From Octopus sinensis (lineage: Eukaryota), in contig NC_042998.1 in NCBI RefSeq assembly GCF_006345805.1, positions 151,652,001 through 151,716,000 on the forward strand: 64,000 nt of DNA. The letters are read 5' to 3'. Each line of letters begins with the position of its first letter. The first letter of the stretch is position 1. This document shows, one piece after another, positions 14,523-27,449 of this stretch. The notes under the pieces are model-generated. The model was not told the origin of the DNA, ran no database searches, and saw nothing but the letters and a program-made list of their open reading frames with translations. Position numbers and translations under genes: made by a program.

Positions 14523-14613
14523 TTTTAGTACAATTGTTTCATACAAAGACAGGCTTTATTACAAGTTGCAAAAATTGCAGCAGATAAAAGTGTCCCGTAC
14601 TCATCAGCTAAAA
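14523..14613 (-). ncRNA. Type-I hammerhead ribozyme with long stem II (inverted copy)
   Basis: Reverse complement of 15129-15219. Confidence 0.85.
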
Positions 14614-15128
14614 TACATATGAGGTCTCCAGACATCTTAGTGGGTGAGGGTGTACTCATGAAATATTGGAGATAATTCCATTAAAGGCAGATATAGGTTG
14701 TAAACAGTTTTCCAAAGTTCCTTAATGATGATGCACAGTCTTATCACAGATTTTTAAAAACTTATTAGTTTCAAAGAGAAGATGAATTAATCCATAGTGT
14801 AGATTTAAATTTCCAGAGATATGAGGAGGATATAAATCTTCACTACGGATTAATTCACCTTTTCTGTGAAGCTAATAAGTTTTTAAAAACCTGTGATAAG
14901 TCTGTGCATCATCCTCCTCATATCTCTGGAAATTTAAATCTACACCATGGATTAATTCATCTTCTCTTTGAAACTAATAAGTTTTTTAAAATCTGTGATA
15001 AGACTGTGCATCATCATTAAGGAACTTTGGAAAACTGTTTACAACCTATATCTGCCTTTAATGGAATTATCTCCAATATTTCATGAGTACAACCTCACCA
15101 ACTAAGATGTCTGGAGAACTCATATGTA

Positions 15129-15219
15129 TTTTAGCTGATGAGTACGGGACACTTTTATCTGCTGCAATTTTTGCAACTTGTAATAAAGCCTGTCTTTGTA
15201 TGAAACAATTGTACTAAAA
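15129..15219 (+). ncRNA. Type-I hammerhead ribozyme with long stem II
   Basis: UUUUAG-CUGAUGA-GUACGGGACA..UGUCUUUGUAU-GAAAC-AAUU-GUA^CUAAAA; 6-bp stem I; palindromic stem III ACAAUUGU. Confidence 0.85.
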
Positions 15220-15365
15220 ACTAATCCATTCTTGTTGCTTCTTTCTCGTTTATAATCACCCCACATTACTGTATGGTTAACACCATATAGTTTTTCTGGT
15301 GCATCTAAGTTAAGTACCACATTCAAGTAAATTCATTGGAATTTACTTGAATCTTAATTGCTTTG

Positions 15366-15427
<62 letters not shown>

Positions 15428-16996
15428 AAATATGGTCTAGGTTCGCTGAGTGAGTGCTCTCAAGACATAGACATTATTATTATTGGAAAAATAATTCAGT
15501 CTTGCAGCTGTTTATGGTATATACCAGCGTATGAGATATTCTGTCATCGGAGACAAATAGGGAAAATGAGAGGGATATAGATTAATGAAATGATGACATA
15601 GAGGACAGGAGGAAAGAGAAGAAAAAGGAAGCATAAAAGTTCACAGTTCAACTTTCCGATCTTGTATATATATAAGTGTAAATTGCAATATTGCACAGAT
15701 TTCAGTGAGTTTTGACTAAGAGCGTTTCATTTATTCAATCAACTGAACTCCTGAGTTCCAGTGAAAGCGGCTGAGTATTCCACAGACACTTATATCTTTA
15801 ACGAAATTCTGAGGCAGAATCTGCGTCACACAATCACTACGTGGCAATGCTGACTCTTTAAATTACAGCTAGATTCCAGCCAACAGGTTTCGCACAATTT
15901 CCCCCAGTTTCCCCGCAATGCTTCGGTCGATTCGAAAGTATAGTAAAAAAACAAGTAGTGAGATCGAACTCAAGACTTCAAAATTGCACGCGCGTGTGTG
16001 TGTGTGTATCATTTGATATAAACAGAATTTTAAAAAGAGCTAATAGTTTCATGCTGTAGAGATTTGGCAGATTCATAAAACACGGCACGAATCTCCGACC
16101 GGTCTTTCAGGCTCAGTGAATACAGCTAGACCTATTTGAAAACCGGGACGCTAGTCTCTGAGAAAACAAAAGAAAAATCGAGAGAAGAAATTCGCAGAAG
16201 GTTGATGCAAAAAGTGGAACGAGAAGAAAGACAAGTAAGAAAACCAAGATAATCGTCCTCTTTGACAGCAGAAACCATAATAAATGTAGATGTAGAATAA
16301 TATAAGAGAAAGGAGGCCAAAGTCTGTAAGAAAGTTATTCGATCAAAAAATTATGTAGTTGTTGTGATGAGAGTTATGACGCCCCCTTGCAAGAGATAGG
16401 TCCGAGTAAAGTATAAATAGTAACGACCCGAGTGGGTTCAGAATTCGGAGTCGAATGAAGTTCGTGTTAGTTCGCAGCGAAGTCAGAAGTTGTCGGTTGG
16501 TTTGTTCACAAGGAATATTGATTGTTGGTTCGTGAAGAGATTTGTTAGTTCGTTACATCGTGTTACTGTTGTCTGGTTATCTTATTTATTGTTCGTTACA
16601 AATTACTTTACAACAGTAGTGTAGTGGAATTCGGAAACTAGCATTAGTGTTATAAATTTTCTCTGCGTTACTTTAGACTTGTGGATTAGGAGGTTTACTT
16701 CTTATAAGAAGATTATTTCCACGAGCAAAACGCTCCAATCATCTACTTAGCCACCTTCGAGATATTGTTTTCAATATAAGCTTTTGCGCTGAAACACATA
16801 AATGAGTAAACGATACATGCAGGATGGTTCTAAGAGGGTTTACCGCATTGTAATGACATATTGAATTTTAAACGATGTTACTAACCAAACTCTTAATTGC
16901 TGTGTATTTGTTTTTGTTTATACATCAGTTCACTTTACATAGGAGAATATTTATGTATTAAGCTAAAATATTTATTAGCGAAACAAATGGGCATAG

Positions 16997-17147
16997 GAAT
17001 GGTTATGTGGTATGTAACTGGCTTCACAACCACATAGTTCCGAGTTCAGTCCCACTGTGTGGCACCTTAGGCAAGAGTCTTTTACTATAGCCTCGGGTCG
17101 ACTAAAGCCTTGTGAGTGGATTTGGTAGGCGGAAACTTACAGCCCGT

Positions 17148-17225
<78 letters not shown>

Positions 17226-17680
17226 GATATAATATAAATAATATATATATATGCATATATACATACATGTACGTACCTACATATATATGTACACACACAT
17301 GCATGTACAGGTACAGGACGTAAAAAAACGTGAACAACATGAAAAACGAGAATATGAAAAACAAAGACATGGAAAACGAACATTGTTCGAGCAACGAAAG
17401 AAACAGAGAAACGAGACAGGCAACATAAAGGCATCAGTTATATATATATATATATATATATATACGTGTTTGTGTGTTTGTGTTTGTCCTCCCACCATCG
17501 CTTGACAACCGATTTTTGGTGCGTTTTCGTCCCCGTAACTTAGAGGTGCGGCAAAAGCTATCGATACAATAAGTGCTAGGCCTACAAAGAAGAAGATCTG
17601 GGGTTGATCTGTTCGACTAAAGGCGATGCTCCAGTATGGCCGCAGTCAAATGACTGAAACAATTAAAAGAATAAAAGAAC
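16997..17680 (+). mobile_element. Full tRNA-derived SINE with expanded central (TA)n and a ~200-bp insert
   Basis: Head (GTTCCGAGTTCAGTCCCACTG..GGCAAGAGTCTT..GTGGATTTGGTAG) 16997-17150; 3' half 17467-17680. Confidence 0.85.
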
Positions 17681-17692
17681 AAAAGTATATAT

Positions 17693-17892
17693 ACTCTTTA
17701 CTCTTTTTACTCTTTTATTTGTTTCAGTCATGTAACTGTGGCCATACTGGAGCACCGCCTTTTGGTCGAGCAAAACGACCCCTGGTACTTATTCTATCGG
17801 TCTCTTTTGCCGAACCGCTAAGTTACAGGGACGTAAACACACCAGCATCGGTTGTCAAGCGATGTTGGAGGGACAAACACAGACACACAAAC
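17693..17892 (-). mobile_element. SINE 3' half (its 5' half lies at 20704-20867)
   Basis: Reverse complement of 17467-17680; continues into (TA)n. Confidence 0.9.
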
Positions 17893-17902
17893 ATATATAC
17901 AC

Positions 17903-18006
<104 letters not shown>

Positions 18007-18295
18007 GCAATTAAGGACAACTACTTAATAAGGAAAACTTAACAAGAAATTGTCAGGTAGATAGCGTAAAAACCTCATAAGAGAAAAAATTTCGAAAATA
18101 ATTATTTCTTATTGAACATATTAATTTATATATAGAGGGCATTATACATACATGCCAGAAGGCATTATACATACATGCCAGAAGGCATTATACATACATG
18201 CCAAACGCTAAGAGGGACAATCAATCATTTCTACCAAAAATATTACTAATCCCACCGAATGCAATTTTTCAAAGTAAGACATTTAAAAATATAGA

Positions 18296-18337
18296 CCTGT
18301 ATCACAGTGATTTCATACTTACGTAATCATCAGCAGG
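18296..18337 (-). ncRNA. Type-I hammerhead ribozyme
   Basis: CCUG-CUGAUGA-UUAC-GUAA-GUAU-GAAA-UCACUGUGA-UA^CAGG. Confidence 0.85.
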
Positions 18338-18774
18338 CCTGAATGTATTATAAATAAACAACGACCCTGCCCCGCTTAAGCCGATCAGCTAACTGATCAA
18401 CATCAACGAAGCACATGGGTGAGTTTACATATATTACATCCGGGTAAATGGCAAACTTTTACGAATTGCATTTCGGGAGAGGAAAAGTTTTTTCGGAATA
18501 AAAATTTAGCAATTAAGGACAACTACTTAATAAGGAAAACTTAACAAGAAATTGTCAGGTAGATAGCGTAAAAACCTCATAAGAGAAAAAATTTCGAAAA
18601 TAATTATTTCTTATTGAACATATTAATTTATATATAGAGGGCATTATACATACATGCCAGAAGGCATTATACATACATGCCAAACGCTAAGAGGGACAAT
18701 CAGTCATTTCTACCAAAAATATTACTAATCCCACCGAATGCAATTTTTCAAAGTAAGACATTTAAAAATATAGA

Positions 18775-18816
18775 CCTGTATCACAGTGATTTCATACTTA
18801 CGTAATCATTAGCAGG
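18775..18816 (-). ncRNA. Hammerhead copy with mutated core (CUAAUGA), at the inversion junction
   Basis: Identical to 18296-18337 except G5A. Confidence 0.75.
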
Positions 18817-18844
18817 GTCGTTGTTTATTTATAATACATTCAGG

Positions 18845-18886
18845 CCTGCTGATGATTACGTAAGTATGAAATCACTGTGATACAGG
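18845..18886 (+). ncRNA. Type-I hammerhead ribozyme
   Basis: Same sequence as 18296-18337 in plus orientation. Confidence 0.85.
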
Positions 18887-19323
18887 TCTATATTTTTAAA
18901 TGTCTTACTTTGAAAAATTGCATTCGGTGGGATTAGTAATATTTTTGGTAGAAATGACTGATTGTCCCTCTTAGCGTTTGGCATGTATGTATAATGCCTT
19001 CTGGCATGTATGTATAATGCCCTCTATATATAAATTAATATGTTCAATAAGAAATAATTATTTTCGAAATTTTTTCTCTTATGAGGTTTTTACGCTATCT
19101 ACCTGACAATTTCTTGTTAAGTTTTCCTTATTAAGTAGTTGTCCTTAATTGCTAAATTTTTATTCCGAAAAAACTTTTCCTCTCCCGAAATGCAATTCGT
19201 AAAAGTTTGCCATTTACCCGGATGTAATATATGTAAACTCACCCATGTGCTTCGTTGATGTTGATCAGTTAGCTGATCGGCTTAAGCGGGGCAGGGTCGT
19301 TGTTTATTTATAATACATTCAGG

Positions 19324-19365
19324 CCTGCTGATGATTACGTAAGTATGAAATCACTGTGATACAGG
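19324..19365 (+). ncRNA. Type-I hammerhead ribozyme
   Basis: Tandem copy 479 bp downstream of 18845. Confidence 0.85.
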
Positions 19366-19503
19366 TCTATATTTTTAAATGTCTTACTTTGAAAAATTGC
19401 ATTCGGTGGGATTAGTAATATTTTTGGTAGAAATGACTGATTGTCCCTCTTAGCGTTTGGCATGTATGTATAATGCCTTCTGGCATGTATGTATAATGCC
19501 CTC

Positions 19504-20703
<1,200 letters not shown>

Positions 20704-20705
<2 letters not shown>

Positions 20706-20867
20706 GACAGGCTTCTTTCAGTTTCCGTCTACCAAATCCACCCACAAGGCTTTGGTCTGCCCGAGGCTATAGTAGAAGACACTTGCCCAAGGTGCCACGC
20801 AGTGGGACTGAACCCGGAACCATGTGGCTCGTAAGGAAGCTACTTACCACACAGCCACTCCTACGTC
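20704..20867 (-). mobile_element. SINE 5' half (tRNA-derived head)
   Basis: Minus strand GTAGGAGTGGCTGTGTGGTAAG..GGTTCCGGGTTCAGTCCCACTG..TTGGGCAAGTGTCTT. Confidence 0.9.
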
Positions 20868-21652
20868 TTTGCACAGGGGCCATCTTGACACTTGCCTTCG
20901 CCGTGAATAAGAATTCATTTTCTTTCTTCGCTCCTTTGCATAACATGGGCTCAACTCTCCTTCCCTCTTTATCTGACTCCCTTCCTCTCATCTCTTCCTC
21001 TGACACCTACTTCTTCTCTTCACTCCTACCCACCTTCTCTCTTTATTGGTAGCCTCTCCATCAACAACTCACTCCTACACATCTCACTTCCACATATCCA
21101 ACCCCTACCCCACACCCCCAATCCCACATCCTCACCCGACACCCACACCATCACATCCCCACACTCCAACACAGCCACACCACCACACAACACCACATCA
21201 CACCACCCACACCACTCCACACAAACTAGCACTGACCACTTCCCAGCAGCCACACCACACACCATTATATGCACACCTACACACCACCATGCGCACACTC
21301 ACACACCATCATCCACACACCCACACATTACAGACGTTCACATTCACACGCCAAAGTCACTAGCCCCTATCCACACACACACACATACTCTCACATGCAC
21401 ACGCGCACCTTCGTTTTCTGATCACCAGTACTTTATTGCCTCCTCTTCTTCCTAACTCTCTTGTCAGACAATTTTTTCCCAACCAGTTGCCATGCTTGAT
21501 TGGTAAATCCACAAGTTTTTATATTCTCTCTCTGTTTATTTTCTTATATTTGTTTCTGTTGAAGAGAGTAAGCTCGAAACGTAAAAAAACTTTCTCACTT
21601 AACGAGCGTCAAACTAATACACCTGTTTGTTGTTCATACACCTGTCTTCGTC
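20868..21652 (+). mobile_element. Penelope-like element 3' fragment: endonuclease C-terminus plus pLTR with CA-rich tract
   Basis: HRGHLDTCLRRE*EFIFFLRSFA*HGLN at ~20872-20955 parallels the C-terminus (..LEQRYIFTLQTTTPHGLN) of the 54-kb element. Confidence 0.75.
21553..21586 (+). ncRNA. Variant minimal hammerhead (core CUGUUGA)
   Basis: UUU-CUGUUGA-A-GAG..CUC-GAAAC-GUA^AAA. Confidence 0.55.
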
Positions 21653-21656
21653 GACT

Positions 21657-21730
<74 letters not shown>

Positions 21731-21798
21731 ACTTCATATTCGAGGCTCTTATGAAGCTATATGATATTTTTGTTTATACATCAGATCTCCCTGTGTGG

Positions 21799-21843
<45 letters not shown>

Positions 21844-22028
21844 TTGCAATCAACTTGCACATGCAAGTGCTACCAGTTAAAAGCTCCGTATACCAGAAGC
21901 TAGCAAGTGTATGGGGTCATCAGGAGATATTGCGCGCCGTTTCGGGGCCTACCTCTCGACGGCATCAATGCGTACCGGTCCCCCTCACTGATATGAGGCC
22001 CCGCTTGCTAGATCAGCTATATATATAT

Positions 22029-22075
<47 letters not shown>

Positions 22076-22122
22076 AAGAGAGAGAAAGAAAGAGAGAGTG
22101 AGAGAGAGATTTCGTATTCAAG

Positions 22123-22200
22123 GCTCTGATTAACGTATAAGATGTTACTCAGGCACTCAACTATGAGTTTTTGTATCTTATAACAGAAACAACTGTAAGC
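22123..22200 (+). ncRNA. Decayed long-stem-II hammerhead (core CUGAUUA)
   Basis: GCU-CUGAUUA-..UAUAAGAU..ACUCA..UGAGU..AUCUUAUA..-GAAAC-AACU-GUA^AGC. Confidence 0.6.
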
Positions 22201-23149
22201 AGATGAAGTTTATAAGAAAATCATTTATTCGTTAGACATCTTATTTTCTTTTGTGTATATATATTTATATATATATATATAAATGCCTTGTTTCCCGGAT
22301 GCTGTGAAGTGGAATGTATGGTAGGTAATGTATGGAATGTATGGTGTGTGCATGTACACACACACGCACGCACACACGCGCGGACACACATACACAGGCA
22401 AATAGGCAACTCCACTGAAGTATAGAAACATTAATTATACATACAGGTAGACACATGTACATTATTGTGCTTACACACTCAGACTCGCAAACGAAGATAT
22501 TTCTAAAACGACAAGGAAACAAGCAGACCCACATACACTCAGGCACACCATCACATATGCACACACATGATAATACCAAAAGACCTACCAACACGGTACA
22601 CATATGAAGTCATTTATATTGTGTATATACTTTCAAGTAGAGTTGATTTTAATTTGTTTTTCTTCTCTATCTCCTTCTCAAAGTCCTTTTCGTTTTTGTC
22701 TATTCTGTTCCCTGTAAAATATTTGAAATGAACAATGTGCGGAAACGACTTTAAGTCATCACCTTAATGGCTGAAAAATGAGTGAAAAACTACTTCCGGT
22801 GTTAGATGTCTGTTATTTACAACCGTTTTACACAGTCGTTAGCCACTACAACTCACCCAAAGATTGGTGGCAGCAATAAATTCCAGCGACGGTGAGTAAT
22901 GTCTTACAAGAGATGGTTTTTTTTCACATATGACAGGGACAGAGAGAGTACGGTGAGAGAAAAGGCGGAGAGCGAGTGAGGGGAGGAGGAGGAGGACGAC
23001 GACGACGACATGACGAGAAGGAGAAAAAAGAGAGGGAAGGAGAGGAGAAATAGTAGAAGAGAGAGGAGAGAACACAGAGAAAATATACGTATATACTTAT
23101 GCATACACACATGCATGTATACATACACATACATACGTGTACATACAGA

Positions 23150-23213
<64 letters not shown>

Positions 23214-23363
23214 TATATATAAGTTGATAGATAAATAGATAGAGATGTAGATATTTACACATACGCGCGCACACCCCCACTTATATATTGCTCGACAGAA
23301 AATTACAAAACTGACTGAAGGCGCCAGGAGTTTCCTACATACCAATTATCAAACTAGCTACTT

Positions 23364-23408
23364 AGTCTGATAAGTTCTATACACGAAACTCACAGCTCGT
23401 GAGTCACT
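23364..23408 (+). ncRNA. Decayed hammerhead (core CUGAUAA)
   Basis: AGU-CUGAUAA-GU..AC-GAAA-CUCAC-AGCUC-GUGAG-UC^ACU; 6-bp stem III intact, G8A. Confidence 0.6.
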
Positions 23409-23550
23409 TTTGTAACCTTTGAGAAATACATACTGACACACACACACATATATATGCATACACACATACACACACATGCACATGCACATGCACACACATA
23501 CTGTATCGGTATCGAGTATTATTTCTGTTTGGAAGACTAAACAAGAATAT

Positions 23551-23590
<40 letters not shown>

Positions 23591-24162
23591 TTATCGCAAA
23601 ATTGTAAAAATTTCACACACAAAATGCACATAATATTCCTTTATAAAGGAGAAGTATATAAATTTTTTAAAGCCTGTAGAAATACATACATGTGTATGTG
23701 TGTATGTGCGTGTGTGTGTGTTTGTGTGTGCATGTGGGTGTTTAAATGTATTGTTACACGACTTTTTGTACACACACATACACAGCATACACATACACAT
23801 ATATATATAATACACATATATATAATACATATATATGTATGTATATATTTAAATATACTAACAAATATATATATATATAGGTGAAAAGAAATATAAAGCT
23901 ATTATCTCCCTTATACCGGAAGAAAACCCTTATTACCTCCCCCTACCTGGAACTCTTCTTTGCACTTCATAACGAAGACATGACACGATGTAGGTAAAGA
24001 CATTTGACAAATTTGAAAAGTTTACACGAAACTGGTTATTTCTCCAAAAACTATGTTACTATACGCAAAATTTTGTAACATTTTTCTAACATAACGACTT
24101 AAATATATTCTTTAACCTTATAAAACAAGCCTTCTGTAGTTTTTTCACTCTTTTCTATTTGT

Positions 24163-24193
<31 letters not shown>

Positions 24194-24199
24194 ATATGT

Positions 24200-24233
<34 letters not shown>

Positions 24234-24236
24234 ATA

Positions 24237-25432
24237 CAGTGGTTGGACAAAATAATGGAAATACCTACCATCATAGCATCATAATTTTGAAATATCTATA
24301 AAACCGTCAAAAGTTTGTTTATTTTTATGTTTTTGGGATTAATATTAGTGTTGCTTAATATGTTTTGCTAAAATTGCTGTTTCTTTTCAGATATCATCAG
24401 AATAAGGTAATAAAAATTCATTAAAATGACAGATCTAACGGACTTTCAAAGAGATCAAGCTGTTTGTGTTCGTATTGCAGGCGCTAGCGTAATGAAAACA
24501 GCGGAAATGTTTGGTGTATCAAGAAGTACTGTCTCGAAAGTAATGACAGCCTTTGAAAAAGAGGGAAAAATCTCCTCGTCGAAACAAAACTCCGGAAGAA
24601 AACCAAAACTTTCAGCTAGGGATCGTCGAATAGTTAGAAAGGATCACACCACGAGAACCCAGTTTCCACAAGAACTGGTCACCGGGAGCTGCACAAAGCC
24701 GGATTTCACGGGAGGGCTGCAATCAGAAAACCACTACTTTCAAAAACAAACGTTACAAATCATCCTTACAGAATTGGTCCCTCGAGCAGTGGAAGAATGT
24801 TATTTTCTCGGATGAGTCATCCTTTACTTTATTTCCGACTACCGGCTGAATATATGTGGAGACAGTCAAAAGAAGAATGTGACCCAGACTGCCTTATTCC
24901 AACTGTTATACATGGAGGAGGATCTGTGATGATCTGGGGGAGCTATATCTTGGAAATCCGCCGGCCCAATGGTTTCCCTTCATGGCAGAATTAATACTCC
25001 AGACTATTTAAGCATTGTATCTTATCAAATTCATCCTATGGTCGCAGAATTGTTTCCGGAGGGAAACACAACCTTTCAGAATGATAATGCAGTAATTCAC
25101 ACTGCTGAAGTTGTTATTGAATGGCACGAGGAACATTCTAGTGAAGTTGAGCATCTGGCCACCACAGACCCCAATTCTCAATAGTATTGAACATTTATGG
25201 TGCATTTTAGAAAAACAAATAAGGAGTTGATATCCTCCACCATTATCACTACAAGAACTGAATACTATTTTAGCTGAAGGATGGAGAAATATTCCTTTGA
25301 AAACAATTCAAACTTTGTACGAGTCCATACCTTGTAGAATTCAAGCTGTACTTACTGCCAAAGGCAGTCCTACTCCATATTAAAATTAATTTGTTTGAAA
25401 ATTTATGGTGCTTCCATTATTTTGTTCATACC

Positions 25433-25435
<3 letters not shown>
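24237..25435 (+). mobile_element. Full-length Tc1-family (DD34E) transposon, transposase disrupted (24426 to ~25383)
   Basis: TIRs CAGTGGTTGGACAAAATAATGGAAATACC / GGTGCTTCCATTATTTTGTTCATACCCTG (23/29 match) flanked by TA; paired-like N-terminus, FSDES, GGSVMIWG, FQNDNA, IEHLW. Confidence 0.95.
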
Positions 25436-25473
<38 letters not shown>

Positions 25474-25478
<5 letters not shown>

Positions 25479-25700
25479 GGGTTAAGCTACAAGTTGCTTA
25501 ACCACATACCGAAAATGTAGGAATAGCAGCCAAAGACAGCTTACTCGTTGTAACCACAGATATTACTCCACAGATAACAAACAATACTTGTAACTCACAT
25601 AGGCAAAAGAGGAAAAATAACGAAATCAGTCTTCGGTTAATTGTGGGTGCGTTTCTAGGTTAGAATTATACAAATTCATTCCTGTCATCAGCACAATAAT
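25474..25700 (-). mobile_element. pLTR-like 3' end with decayed hammerhead (25640-25697)
   Basis: AUUGUG-CUGAUGA-CAGG..CCUA-GAAAC-GC-ACC-CACAAU: perfect 6-bp stem I, cleavage triplet mutated; ends in (TA)n. Confidence 0.65.
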
Positions 25701-25703
25701 TCG

Positions 25704-25830
25704 ATACTCTTTTATTCTTTTATTCTTTTTTACTTGTTTCAGTCATTTGACTGCAGCCATGCTGGAGCACCGCCTTTAATCGAGACTTATTCTTTTGTAA
25801 GCCCAGTACTTATTCTTTTGCCGAACCGCT
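25704..25830 (-). mobile_element. SINE 3' fragment
   Basis: TTGTTTCAGTCATTTGACTGCAGCCATGCTGGAGCACCGCC..TTGCCGAACCGCTAA. Confidence 0.85.
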
Positions 25831-25972
25831 AAATTTGAAAATGCTATGAAGCTATCCTTTGCATCTCGATCCCGTGCCATCGGGAGTAATAGAAGATAGT
25901 CAGCACATCCAAATCTATATAGACGAATGAATTCGTATTTTTGCTTTCAGATTACCATTAAATTATATATAA

Positions 25973-26010
<38 letters not shown>

Positions 26011-26018
<8 letters not shown>

Positions 26019-26891
26019 TGGCAGGGCTGGCCTGCTAGGTAGCCGGCCAGAATGCTAGAAAAAGATCATCAACGATCAAACTACAAGGGAAATTCTCTAG
26101 AGGAAGAATTCAGCGAACACCAGAACCAAATTTGGCGGGCAGGACATATGAAAAATTAAATAAAAAACAGACTTAAATGCATACCTCGGTTTCGGTCTTA
26201 ACAAAAGAATTACTTGCATAATTCAAGTGTTCGTGACTTCTTCAGTACATTCGGTCCTCGAGATGCAAACTGCAAGACTAACCCCAGCTCTCTGTGTCAA
26301 GACAGACACGTGCTTAATCTTACTGATTACATCGGGAATAAAATTTCAAATGTCTTGGTTCCGGCGCGCTAAGAGACTCCTGAAGCGAAGGGCTGCAGTG
26401 AATAATTCACTGCGGGTAATGCTTACAACTAGGGAACGTATTTATTTAAATATTTAAAAATTGAGGGAGATAAATTAATATTAATTTTAATATCAATTTA
26501 AAACCAGTAGTCCAGCATTCAAAAAATCTGAGGAGTCAGAGAAAATTCAAATATATGTGTATATTGGCAGGGCTGGCCTGCTAGGTAGCCGGCCAGAATG
26601 CTAGAAAAAGATCATCAACGATCAAACTACAAGGGAAATTCTCTAGAGGAAGAATTCAGCGAACACCAGAACCAAATTTGGCGGGCAGGACATATGAAAA
26701 ATTAAATAAAAAACAGACTTAAATGATCTTTTTCTAGCATTCTGGCCGGCTACCTAGCAGGCCAGCCCTGCCAATATACACATATATTTGAATTTTCTCT
26801 GACTCCTCAGATTTTTTGAATGCTGGACTACTGGTTTTAAATTGATATTAAAATTAATATTAATTTATCTCCCTCAATTTTTAAATATTTA

Positions 26892-26894
<3 letters not shown>
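26011..26894. mobile_element. Hammerhead-bearing tandem (546-bp monomer) plus inverted element between (TA)n tracts
   Basis: TTGGCAGGGCTGGCC recurs at 26018 and 26564; 26723-26894 is the reverse complement of ~26447-26618. Confidence 0.9.
26176..26251 (-). ncRNA. Type-I hammerhead ribozyme with extended stem II
   Basis: AAUGUA-CUGAAGA-AGUC..GACC-GAAAC-CGAG-GUA^UGCAUU; 6-bp stem I. Confidence 0.8.
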
Positions 26895-26947
<53 letters not shown>

Positions 26948-27204
26948 GCATATGTACGTATGTATAGAAACGTAAATGTGCCAATATATGCTATTGGTGG
27001 AGGTCCATTATATGTTGACTCTTCGAAGTCAGAGATACTTAAAACTGATGTCATTAGAACACCTGTCATTTACAGATGTAGGTTCGAGTCTAACAGACAG
27101 CCTTCGACCTTGTCTATCCAAGGGGTTTGTTAAAGCAATATTTGCACGCTATTTTTTAGCTTTATCTGCACACACACACACACACACAGAATACATACAT
27201 ATTT

Positions 27205-27449
27205 TTTTATTCTTTTATTTGTTTCAGTCATTTGACTGCGGCTATGCTGGAGGACCGCCTTTAGTCGAACAAATCGACCAATTGACCGCTAAGTTACGGG
27301 GACGTAAACGCACCAACATCGGTTGTCAAGCGATGGTAGGGGGACAAACACAGACGCACAAACACACACACACACATATATACGACAGGCTTCTTTCAGT
27401 TTCCGTCTACCAGATCCACTCACAAGGCCTGGTCGGCCCAAGGCTATAG
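27205..27449 (-). mobile_element. SINE, 5'-truncated and internally deleted
   Basis: Homologous to 17693-17892 and 20704-20780. Confidence 0.85.

Larger units (their letters stand above)
14493..15370. mobile_element. Head-to-head inverted hammerhead-bearing element (339-bp arms 14493-14831 and 14911-15249) between (TA)n tracts
   Basis: Arms differ at ~5 positions by eye; the spacer is a diverged copy of 14935-15015; (TA)n at 14418-14492 and 15371-15418. Confidence 0.9.

Noticed and set aside
16055-16615. Possible solo LTR (TG..CA ends, TATAAATA at ~16412)
   Set aside because: No target-site duplication, PBS/PPT or second copy found.
18137-18205. 23-bp direct repeats resembling a mini CRISPR array
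   Set aside because: The repeats are contiguous with no spacers, in a eukaryotic retroelement context.
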